Positions 20,789 to 29,839 are shown, numbered from the stretch's first letter. The stretch is DNA of 32,000 bases from Candidatus Helarchaeota ASGARD archaeon Hel_GB_B (GCA_005191425.1 SUPR01000019.1:1-32000), one strand, 5' to 3'. A program made the numbers and translations. The notes: a model not told the origin generated them from the sequence alone.

Positions 20789-22333
20789 ATGGGTATTTCA
20801 AGTCTAATTGTCCAAAAGATTATAAAATATGTTGATAAATTCATTAGAAAAGATATTGAGCGTCCACTTGAAATTCAAGAAAAGTTATTTCATAGCATAA
20901 TTAAAAGAAATACCCATACAAAATTCGGTATAGACCATAAATTTAGTGAGATCTATAATATTGAAGATTATCAGAAAAATTGTATGCCCCAAAAATATGA
21001 ATATTTCAAACCTTACATTGATGAAATTTTTAAAGGAAACTTTAATTCTCTTTTTAATGCCAGATTAGTCTGTTTTGGTCAAACTCCTGGGACTACAAGT
21101 ACACCCAAATTAATTCCTATTATTCATCAAACATTTTCCAGTGTATCTCTAGCACAATTACGAATTTATACTTCATATATCTTAGAGGACCCTGCTAAAA
21201 ATGCGCAATTTTTGGACGGTATTACATGCTTTTTTAGTGCATATCCTATTTTAAGAAAAATCAAAATAGGAAATCGTAGTTTCAATATTGGCTATGGGAC
21301 GGGAATTTTCTCGTATCCAATATTATATGATATTTCTCATATTTGGAAGATTCTTCTAAAAAACAAAACATTTATCCCAATTGAATTGAATATAATGACA
21401 GATCTAGACAAAAAATATCGGTATTTAACTGATGAATGCTTAAAAAGGGATATAAGGTGTTTCTCAGGGACGCCCCCAATAATTCTCAATTATTTAGAAA
21501 AAATTTTAGATTATAGTGGAGCAAAAAAAATTATTCAACTTTTTCCAAATCTCAGTTATCTCAATTTTGGCGGTATTCCACCCCTATTTTATGAAAAACG
21601 TATTGAGCATGTAATTGGGCGTTCCATTGATTATAGAGAAATGTATGCCGCCACAGAAGGTGTTATAGGTTATCAATTAGACAAAACTCCTTCACTGCTA
21701 ACCCCTGCATTTGATGCTAACTTTTTTGAGTTCATAAGTGTTGACCAACCTGATAAATGCTATACTCTTGCTGATGTTAAAAAGAATGTCAAGTATAGGG
21801 TAGTAATGACGTCATACAATGGTTTTTATAGGTATTTGATTGGCGATATAATCGAATTTAAAAAAATTGACCCTTATTTGTTCAAATTTGTTGATAGAGA
21901 AAATTCAATAAATTTAATGGATGAAAAAATGTCCGTAGACCAAATTTATCTTGCTATTCAAACGAGTGCCCAAAAATTGGATATAATTATTAAAGAATTT
22001 TCGGTTGTAGGTGTCCAAAAAGATAATAGATATGTAATAATTATTGAATTCCTAAAAAAATCTGACTCAAAATTTTATCAGCAATTTATACATCAATTAG
22101 ATGATAATTTTTGCAAAATCAATCCTACATACAAATATTTCAGAAAAAATGTCAAGACAATCAAACCACCAATTTTATGGGTTGTAAAACCTAACGCATT
22201 TAATGAAGTCGAGAATGAACGAATAAAAGAAGGGCAAGCTAGTCATCAATTGAAAATTTTACAAGCAAGTATGGACCTAAATATTTTATCTGAATTTGAA
22301 AATAAAATATTACAAGTCATTACTCTGAAATAA
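20789..22333 (+). CDS. GH3 (auxin-responsive promoter family) acyl-adenylate-forming ligase, copy 1
   Basis: TKFGIDHKF, motif I QTPGTTSTPKLIP, motif II YAATEG, FFEF, motif III GFYRYLIGDII. Confidence 0.85.
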   Translation: MGISSLIVQKIIKYVDKFIRKDIERPLEIQEKLFHSIIKRNTHTKFGIDHKFSEIYNIEDYQKNCMPQKYEYFKPYIDEIFKGNFNSLFNARLVCFGQTPGTTSTPKLIPIIHQTFSSVSLAQLRIYTSYILEDPAKNAQFLDGITCFFSAYPILRKIKIGNRSFNIGYGTGIFSYPILYDISHIWKILLKNKTFIPIELNIMTDLDKKYRYLTDECLKRDIRCFSGTPPIILNYLEKILDYSGAKKIIQLFPNLSYLNFGGIPPLFYEKRIEHVIGRSIDYREMYAATEGVIGYQLDKTPSLLTPAFDANFFEFISVDQPDKCYTLADVKKNVKYRVVMTSYNGFYRYLIGDIIEFKKIDPYLFKFVDRENSINLMDEKMSVDQIYLAIQTSAQKLDIIIKEFSVVGVQKDNRYVIIIEFLKKSDSKFYQQFIHQLDDNFCKINPTYKYFRKNVKTIKPPILWVVKPNAFNEVENERIKEGQASHQLKILQASMDLNILSEFENKILQVITLK

Positions 22334-22495
22334 CAAATATAGACCCATTTTCTTATTTTTAAAATCAAAAAATAACTTAAAAAAACGCGATATCTAATTA
22401 TTATGCCTTATTTTTTTTAAAATAATCAATCAAAAATTTAAATAATAGGAATGGTAATATTATTATTGAATTTCTTAATTTTAGGTAGGGTTTTA

Positions 22496-25159
22496 ATGAA
22501 TCCAAGAATTTTTAAATATAAGGAAAATGTTCTTTCAGCGCCTTATGAAATATGTATTGAACGACCAAAATATTATACTGAGTCCTATAAGAAAACCGAG
22601 GGTCTCCATCCTGTATTAAGGTCTGCCATGGCTTTTAAACATTTAGTTGAGAATATGACTATTTATATTTTAGATGAAGAGATTTTAGTCGGTAATAGGA
22701 CCTCAAAATTAGTGGCACCAATTATACCTATTGAACGGGGAGAGATCAACACAGTAATGAAGGTCGACTTAAACAATTTATTAAAAAGAAAATTCCAGCC
22801 CTTTCACATCGATAAAAAAGATAAAAAATTATTAATGAAGAAAATTCTCCCATATTGGAAGGGTAAAACAGTAAAAGATTTACGTACTAAATTATTAAAA
22901 GAAAATAAACTCATAATTAAACCCAGTATTGGCATAAAATCTTGGATTAAAAGATATAAGTCTATGGGCGGCTTTAATTGGCTAAAAAAATTTTATGACC
23001 TTTTAATGAAGGGCAGATTACGATATATGTTTGAAGGTCTTACTTTACTTGCTACTAATAACCCAAACTTCGTAAATAATGTATTTGATACTCAAGGGCA
23101 CCTTGTCATGGGACATAATAATTTATTAGAAATTGGCGGGTTCTCCAAAATAAAGGAAAAAGCATTAAGAAAATTAGAAGAGCTGGAATCTTCGATAAAT
23201 GAAAATAAAGACCCACCTGAAGTAATACAAAAAAGTATACCTAAAAATTATAGTTCCTTTAATAATCATATTTCCGATGACTTAAATTCAGACCTCTTAA
23301 CTCCTGAACAAAAAGTTGTAGACTATATAAGTCCAGATTCTCTCTCTTTAGAAGATAAAAAGGCATTTCTTAAAGCAGTTTGTATTTGTTGTGATGCTAC
23401 CAAAATTTATGCCGAACGGTTTTCAAAACTTGCAAATGAAATGGCAATGAAGGAAACGAATAAAGATAGAAAAGAAGAATTGCAAAAGATATCTGAAGTC
23501 TGTAAACAAGTCCCATGGAATGGACCCAGAGACTTTCATGAAGCAGTCCAAATGGTCTGGTTTAACCAGGTATTAGGATATTTATCTCATGGAATTGGTG
23601 CTATTTTTGCACTTGGCCGCCCAGACCAATATCTTTATCCGTTTTATTTAAAAGATAAAGAGAAAGGTATGCCTGACCAATATTTTCTGGACTTAATAGA
23701 AGACCTACTCATTAAAACTTCTTATAATTTATTACCTCTTCCATCTTATGCAAAAGCTACGGCTTCCGAATTAGGCGGCGATAATGTAGGAATTTGCGTT
23801 GGCGGTCTGGACAAAGATGGAAATGACGCCACTAATGAGCTCAGTTATTTGTTTATGGACGCTATTAAAGACCTTAAAAACATGACTAATTCGTTTTCAA
23901 TCCGGACTTCTTCTAAGAGTAGTCGAAAATGGTTTGATAAAATTGTAGAAGTATGTACGACTACTTCAGGCCCTGCAATTTATAATGACGATGTAATTAT
24001 CGAGGCACTCAAAAAAACCGGTCTTACGCTGGAAGATGCCAGAGATTATGGAGTAATTGGGTGCGTTGAGCCCTCCGGACAAGGTAATACGCATTCTTGT
24101 ACTTCTGGTAATGACATTGACTTATATGGAATATTAGAGCAGGTATTCACTAATGGAATGATAAGGAGCTGGGGCAAAAGAAGTGGTTTAAAAACGGGGA
24201 ATCCAAGTGATTTTAAGACTTTTAACGAATTTTATAATGCATTTTTGAAGCAATTAAAATTCTGGATCGATTTTATTGTCAAATGGGTGGATATTAAGGA
24301 TTATGTATACGCAAAATATTATCCAAATCCATTTGTTTCATGCACAATGAGTGGTTGCATTGAACATGCTGCTGATATAACCCAAGGTGGTGCAAAATAT
24401 AATATGTCTAGCATCTCTGGGAGAGCTTTTGGTACCACCGTGGACAGCCTTTACGTAATTAAAACAGCTGTTTATGAAAAAAATGTTATTTCGATGGAAA
24501 AACTGTGTAAAATGCTAGCAAAAAATTTCAAGGGAAAAGAAGCCGAAATCATCAGACAAAAATTTGAAAATAAATTTCCCAAATATGGAAATGATATCGA
24601 GGACGTTGATACCCTCGCCGTAAAGTTAACGGAACATTTTTGTAAAATGGTCCGTCAAAATAGATGTATCCATACAAACGAAAATGGCGGCATTTATCGA
24701 CCGGGGTTCTTTTCATATGGAATGAACGTTTCTGATGGATTCTTTCTAGGTGCAAGCCCTGATGGTAGATTGGCTGGTACGCCGGTTTCAAACAGTATGT
24801 CTCCTTCAAATAATTCTGAACGAAATGGACTAACTGCAGTGTTAAATTCTGTTTCTAAGATTGATTTTACCAACGTCAGTAATGGATATTCTATAAATGT
24901 AAGAATCCCCACAAGCTTATTTAATAACAAGGAAAATTCCCAAAAACTTGCTCAGATTATACGTTCCTATTTTCAGCAAGGTGGAAGTCATATCCAATTT
25001 AATATAATTGACCACCACGTGTTATTAGATGCACAAAAACATCCTGAAAATTACAAGGATCTTGTTGTTAGAGTAACCGGATACGCTGCCTATTTTATAG
25101 ACTTGGGAAAATACGTCCAAGATGACATTATTGCGAGATGTCAGTTCCAGATGCTATAG
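22496..25159 (+). CDS. Glycyl radical enzyme of the PFL2/eliminase-like class, substrate unassigned
   Basis: ICIERPKYYTESY, EILVGNRT, QGHLVMG, GRPDQY, Cys loop IGCVEP, GASPDGR, glycyl loop LVVRVTGYAAYF. Start set at ATG 22496 behind AGGTAGGG; the track start is 22451. Confidence 0.9.
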   Translation: MNPRIFKYKENVLSAPYEICIERPKYYTESYKKTEGLHPVLRSAMAFKHLVENMTIYILDEEILVGNRTSKLVAPIIPIERGEINTVMKVDLNNLLKRKFQPFHIDKKDKKLLMKKILPYWKGKTVKDLRTKLLKENKLIIKPSIGIKSWIKRYKSMGGFNWLKKFYDLLMKGRLRYMFEGLTLLATNNPNFVNNVFDTQGHLVMGHNNLLEIGGFSKIKEKALRKLEELESSINENKDPPEVIQKSIPKNYSSFNNHISDDLNSDLLTPEQKVVDYISPDSLSLEDKKAFLKAVCICCDATKIYAERFSKLANEMAMKETNKDRKEELQKISEVCKQVPWNGPRDFHEAVQMVWFNQVLGYLSHGIGAIFALGRPDQYLYPFYLKDKEKGMPDQYFLDLIEDLLIKTSYNLLPLPSYAKATASELGGDNVGICVGGLDKDGNDATNELSYLFMDAIKDLKNMTNSFSIRTSSKSSRKWFDKIVEVCTTTSGPAIYNDDVIIEALKKTGLTLEDARDYGVIGCVEPSGQGNTHSCTSGNDIDLYGILEQVFTNGMIRSWGKRSGLKTGNPSDFKTFNEFYNAFLKQLKFWIDFIVKWVDIKDYVYAKYYPNPFVSCTMSGCIEHAADITQGGAKYNMSSISGRAFGTTVDSLYVIKTAVYEKNVISMEKLCKMLAKNFKGKEAEIIRQKFENKFPKYGNDIEDVDTLAVKLTEHFCKMVRQNRCIHTNENGGIYRPGFFSYGMNVSDGFFLGASPDGRLAGTPVSNSMSPSNNSERNGLTAVLNSVSKIDFTNVSNGYSINVRIPTSLFNNKENSQKLAQIIRSYFQQGGSHIQFNIIDHHVLLDAQKHPENYKDLVVRVTGYAAYFIDLGKYVQDDIIARCQFQML

Positions 25160-25259
25160 ACTTTCTATGTTATAATTTCGAATTTAACTTTTTTAATTCC
25201 ATTCAAAATAAATAGTTTTTGAGTTATACATTATTTAGTAAAAATTTGAGGGTTCTAAA

Positions 25260-26243
25260 TTGTCATTCGTAAACTTAGAAGATGACGATAAATTAAGAAT
25301 TTTATTAAATTCGGCAAGTCTAGAGCAATTAAAGGAATTAATACGGGATTATAATGATGAATGCATTAAAAATAACCAAAAAGAAAATAAAATTAAAGGA
25401 TATTCCAAGTACAGAAAACTTGAACTGACCGATTTTATAATTTCTTCCTTGTCTGATGAATATAAAAAGAAACTATTACCAAAAATCGAAAAACAATACG
25501 TTCAATATCTAATTTCTGATGGGATTTTAATTTTGAAAAATCAAGATACCCGTGAAGTACTAAATAAAGTTGAACATTTCGAAGGTCTGGAAACCGGCTA
25601 TTCTTTTATTTTTAAGGGTTTCAATTGGGAAACTGAAACAAAAATAATACTTGCAGATGATGGTTCAATAGATGACTTTATATGTGGCTGTAGAATTGCT
25701 CAGAACCAGGGATTATGCAGGCATTTCTTTACAGGTTTGATTTATCTTTTAAATATTGGTGAATTAGACCCAAACAATCTTGGCATTTTTTTCGAGATTG
25801 AAGATGATAAATTAAAGGAAATAAAATCATTGGAAGTTGTAATTGGAAAATCAAGACCAGGGACTGGCGTTGAAACTTTAATGCCTTTTGATAAGATTGA
25901 AACCGCTCCAGTGATCGAACAATTTGCATCTGAGGACGAAAAGCAGCGCGTTTCAATTTATGATGCAAAAATTGTTTTAATAAGCGAAAATAAGTCTACA
26001 TTTCAAGACCATGTCAATATATGGTATCTTATTAAAATACAAGGTGGTGAATGCGGAAATATTGACGAAACATTACCTGATAAAGAACCTTTCAATGAAA
26101 TTAATATAAGGTGTTCAAAGAAATTGATGGAGAAAGAAAAATTAAAAGTTAATGACATAATCTCGTTTAAGGGTACCTTAAAAAGAGATAACTTTTTTGG
26201 TCTTTTATTACAAAATATACGTAAAATTGTTAAATCAAATTAA
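25260..26243 (+). CDS. Hypothetical nucleic-acid-binding protein: N-terminal helical (HeH/SAP-like) region, SWIM zinc finger, C-terminal OB-like fold
   Basis: SWIM C-x-C-x8-C-x-H (CGCRIAQNQGLCRH at 25683-25724). N-terminal LEQLKELIRDY...IKGYSKYRKLELTDFI. C-terminal alternating beta strands ending LKVNDIISFKGTL. The non-SWIM domains are pattern-based calls. Confidence 0.6.
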   Translation: MSFVNLEDDDKLRILLNSASLEQLKELIRDYNDECIKNNQKENKIKGYSKYRKLELTDFIISSLSDEYKKKLLPKIEKQYVQYLISDGILILKNQDTREVLNKVEHFEGLETGYSFIFKGFNWETETKIILADDGSIDDFICGCRIAQNQGLCRHFFTGLIYLLNIGELDPNNLGIFFEIEDDKLKEIKSLEVVIGKSRPGTGVETLMPFDKIETAPVIEQFASEDEKQRVSIYDAKIVLISENKSTFQDHVNIWYLIKIQGGECGNIDETLPDKEPFNEINIRCSKKLMEKEKLKVNDIISFKGTLKRDNFFGLLLQNIRKIVKSN

Positions 26244-26393
26244 AAATTTAATTTTTAGGTCTCTAATTTTTTTGTAATTATAAATTTTTCTAATTTTCAT
26301 ATGATTTTTTAAGTAAAAAAGATTTTTAAATTCTATATTATGATTTACAATGAATTTGGATGAAATTAGGTTAATTAAAAGGAAGAATAGAAA

Positions 26394-27524
26394 ATGAGCA
26401 AAAAAAAAGTGATTTTAATATCGATTTTTTCGATAATTATTGCTGTAACTATTTATGCATTAATAGATTTTATTTATCCACAATTCAACCTAATTCCAGA
26501 CTGGGTATTTCCGACTATTTATTCTTATTTAGTAGTAATTTTTTATAAGGACAACTATTATTTCTTTATCATTGCTCTTTTAGCAAATTTCATAAGCGGA
26601 GGTATTTTTGGACTTGGTTATAATATTACAAAGCGATATCGAGTCAACGGGACAATAATTTATTTGATTGGTCTATGTGGTATTTTTCTAATAATCTTAA
26701 TTTCTATTGGGTATTATGGCTTTAGTATTATTTTTGCGGACGATATTACAGTTTCCTTAAAGATCATTTTATTAGGGACATATATGCCACTTCTGTTTAT
26801 TTTTTTTTTAATATTAGAATTAATTTTTGATTCTGGCTCTTATTTAAAAGATGTAATCAAGGCAAGGCACGAATATAAAAATCTTGATTATAGGGTAAAA
26901 AAGATAAAAGACGGAAAAGTAACTTTTATTGAAGTTTTTCGGAAAAATGAGGATTCAACAACCAAGTGTTTTTTTGAAACTGCACCTCAATTAGTCTTAG
27001 AAGAAGCACTATACAAGCTTGGTGATGGAGCAATATCAAGGTACATTAAAGCTGCAGCTACTAATATTATTCTCTTAATTGCATCCCATTTAACTGGGTG
27101 GCATTCTGCAAAAGCTGCATTATATAGATTCCTTGGTGCTAAAATTGGCAAACATTGTTTAATTTCTCATTATAGCAGGTTTGACCCACTTATGCCTAAT
27201 AAAATCGAGATGGAAGATTATGCAGGAATTGGGATGGAAGTATTATTACTTACCCATAGTTTTATTGATAGAGAAGGTTTTATGGGATTTAGATATGGCA
27301 CTGTTAAATTATGTAAACATTGCCGTATTGGAGTTAGTGCTACAGTTTTACCCGGTGTCACAATTGGAGAAGGAGCTGTCGTAGCTGCAAATTCATTAGT
27401 AACCAAAGATATCCCTCCTTGGACAATGGTAGGCGGAGTCCCTGCAAAAGTCATCCGGAAACTTGACCGGTCAATAGCTCATGTTTTGACCAATGAAATT
27501 GATGGTGAATTAATGGATGAATAA
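26394..27524 (+). CDS. Membrane-anchored hexapeptide-repeat (left-handed beta-helix) acyltransferase with about 4 N-terminal TM helices
   Basis: Hydrophobic N-terminal ~145 aa. C-terminal LYRFLGAKIGKHC, LLTHS, CRIGVSATVLPGVTIGEGAVVAANSLVTKDIPPWTMVGGVPAKVIR. Confidence 0.85.
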   Translation: MSKKKVILISIFSIIIAVTIYALIDFIYPQFNLIPDWVFPTIYSYLVVIFYKDNYYFFIIALLANFISGGIFGLGYNITKRYRVNGTIIYLIGLCGIFLIILISIGYYGFSIIFADDITVSLKIILLGTYMPLLFIFFLILELIFDSGSYLKDVIKARHEYKNLDYRVKKIKDGKVTFIEVFRKNEDSTTKCFFETAPQLVLEEALYKLGDGAISRYIKAAATNIILLIASHLTGWHSAKAALYRFLGAKIGKHCLISHYSRFDPLMPNKIEMEDYAGIGMEVLLLTHSFIDREGFMGFRYGTVKLCKHCRIGVSATVLPGVTIGEGAVVAANSLVTKDIPPWTMVGGVPAKVIRKLDRSIAHVLTNEIDGELMDE

Positions 27525-27586
27525 AATGAACGTTAAATAATATAGAAAATTGAAAATAATAATTCTGCTCGTGTATTCAGGTCAAT

Positions 27587-29128
27587 GTGATGAAGTTTCT
27601 AAGTTTGATTGGAAAATCGTTTGGAAATTATCTTCTAAATTATTTTGAGGATAAAAACGAAGCACCAATTAAAACTCAGATTAAATTATTGAGTAAAATT
27701 TTAAAATATAATTCTACTACTAATTTTGGAAAGAAACACCATTTTTCTGAAGTTAGGAGTATACGAGATTTCCAGAAAAATTGTAAAATTATAGATTATT
27801 CTTATTTAGTTCCTTATATTCGCGCTACAATAGAGGGAAACAAAAATGCATTAACAAATTCTAAAATTTTATATTGGGCACAGACTTCCGGAACTCTTGG
27901 CGCACCGAAATTGATCCCTATAACTAAGTTTATAATTGATACTTATAGTTCATTGTCGGTTAGAATTATTTTACATTATATAAAAGAATATCCTGAGAGG
28001 TCTGAATTTCTGGACGGTAAATGGTTTTTATTATCTAGTTACCCTTTATTAAGGTATGAAAAAGACGGAACCCCAGTCGGATTTATAACGGGTATCATTA
28101 TGCATCCATTTGGAATTTATTCATGGAAAAAATTTATCAGACCTTTTTATTATTATCCGATCAAATTTCTACAAATAAGAGATGTAGAAACTAGGTTCAA
28201 AAGGATCGCTGTTGATATTAAAAATAAAAATATTACTTACACAATGGGAGTAACTTCTGTTATAATGAACTTTTTTGAGAAAATAATTGAATATAATAAT
28301 GTAAATAATTTACTGGAAATTATACCTAATTACAAATTTGCAATTTTTTCAGGAGGGGGCACAAGAAAATATATTGATAGATTTTATAAAATAGTCGGGA
28401 GGAAAATAGATGTAAGAGAAGGTTATTTTGCAACTGAAGGGAGTTTTGCTATTCAAAAATCTGATAAACCTGTAATGGAATTTGCATACGATTCTTGTTT
28501 TTACGAATTTTTACCTGTTTCAAATAAAAATAAAGGTATTGAACGACTCATTATAGACCAGTTAGAAAAAAACAAAGAATATTCCCTCATTATTACTTGT
28601 TATAATGGACTTTATGCTTATACTATGAATGATATTATTAAAGTAATTTCTACTGACCCCCTACAAATTCAGTTTTCTTATCGATCTGGAGTTATTGATT
28701 TAGCTGATGAAAAATTAACACCTAATGAAATAAATATGGCTGTTATGTATTCAGCAAATAAAAATAATTGCGATTTTATTGATTATTGTTTAGTCGGAGT
28801 TTATAACCCTAAACCTCATTACATATTTATTTTTGAATTTAAAGATAAAAACACTCCAAAAGATTATACGCTATTTTTGAAAGATATTGACTTAAAATTA
28901 CAAGAACTTAATAATATTTATTACTTTAACATCGCAGGGCCCAATAAAGGGACTTTAACGAGTCCAGAATTGTGGGTACTTAAAAAGAATGGCTTTATCG
29001 AAGCAAATAACAGAAAAATTAATGAATTTGATAATATTGGGCAATCCAAAATTAATCGTTATTCTACTGATAGCACTATATTGAAATATTTTGATGATTT
29101 AATAATTTCCAAATATTATTTAGAGTAA
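27587..29128 (+). CDS. GH3-family acyl-adenylate-forming ligase, copy 2
   Basis: TNFGKKHHF, motif I QTSGTLGAPKLIP, motif II YFATEG, FYEF, motif III GLYAYTMNDII. Confidence 0.85.
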   Translation: MMKFLSLIGKSFGNYLLNYFEDKNEAPIKTQIKLLSKILKYNSTTNFGKKHHFSEVRSIRDFQKNCKIIDYSYLVPYIRATIEGNKNALTNSKILYWAQTSGTLGAPKLIPITKFIIDTYSSLSVRIILHYIKEYPERSEFLDGKWFLLSSYPLLRYEKDGTPVGFITGIIMHPFGIYSWKKFIRPFYYYPIKFLQIRDVETRFKRIAVDIKNKNITYTMGVTSVIMNFFEKIIEYNNVNNLLEIIPNYKFAIFSGGGTRKYIDRFYKIVGRKIDVREGYFATEGSFAIQKSDKPVMEFAYDSCFYEFLPVSNKNKGIERLIIDQLEKNKEYSLIITCYNGLYAYTMNDIIKVISTDPLQIQFSYRSGVIDLADEKLTPNEINMAVMYSANKNNCDFIDYCLVGVYNPKPHYIFIFEFKDKNTPKDYTLFLKDIDLKLQELNNIYYFNIAGPNKGTLTSPELWVLKKNGFIEANNRKINEFDNIGQSKINRYSTDSTILKYFDDLIISKYYLE

Positions 29129-29155
29129 ATTAAATAAAAAGATGGTTTAAATAGA

Positions 29156-29839
29156 TTGAATAAAAATAAATTTGAAAAATATTATCAAAGGGAAGGTTTA
29201 AAATTTGGATTGAATGATTATTATATCGGAATTTACCAGATGTATTCATCTCATGCCTGTAGAATTTCGATTATAAAAAAATGGTTAAAACTTATTAAAA
29301 CTGGAAATTTCTGTGAAGTAGGTTGTGGATTTGGTTATTTTACTCATTTTGTCGCAAAAAAAGGAATACCAAGTACTGGTATAGATATCTCCGAAAATAA
29401 ATTGAAAATAGCTCGGCGAATTGCAGAAAAAAATAAATTAAACTGTAAGTTTTATAGGATGGACGCTCAAAATTTAGATTTCAAGGGCAATTCTTTTAAT
29501 TGGGTACTTAGTTCTCAAGTTTTAGAACATGTTCCTGATGATTTAAAAATGATTTCCGAATTATACAGAATTTCTAAAAAATATACTATTCTTACTGTTC
29601 CCAAAAAAGCGTTATTCTGGGAATTATTAGATTCCAGTTCTCACATTAGAAGTTTTGATAAACCTGGACATGGGCATCTAAGAGAATATACCACTAAAAA
29701 TATTATTGAAAAAGTAAATAAGGTTGGATTTAAAGTCTTAGAGATGAAATATGCTGGTTTTATTTCCCCCCGAATTGATATTATATTTAATAAAATACCT
29801 TTTATGCAAGCAATAATATGTCTCTTGCTTAGGAAATGA
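29156..29839 (+). CDS. Class I SAM-dependent methyltransferase
   Basis: CEVGCGFG, GIDIS, MDAQNLDFKGNSFNWVLSSQVLEHVPDD, HLREYT; starts 27 nt after GH3 copy 2. Confidence 0.85.
   Translation: MNKNKFEKYYQREGLKFGLNDYYIGIYQMYSSHACRISIIKKWLKLIKTGNFCEVGCGFGYFTHFVAKKGIPSTGIDISENKLKIARRIAEKNKLNCKFYRMDAQNLDFKGNSFNWVLSSQVLEHVPDDLKMISELYRISKKYTILTVPKKALFWELLDSSSHIRSFDKPGHGHLREYTTKNIIEKVNKVGFKVLEMKYAGFISPRIDIIFNKIPFMQAIICLLLRK

Noticed and set aside
22496-25159. Pyruvate formate-lyase or alkyl/benzylsuccinate synthase call
   Set aside because: It has a single-Cys GCVEP loop rather than the PFL CC pair, and no small beta/gamma subunits or activase are nearby, so no gene symbol is assigned.
24552-25968. 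Minus-strand ORFs of 85, 78 and 79 aa
   Set aside because: Antisense to the GRE and SWIM genes, with no independent support.
27181-27454. 67-aa plus-strand and 78-aa minus-strand ORFs
   Set aside because: Alternative frames inside the LbH acyltransferase domain.
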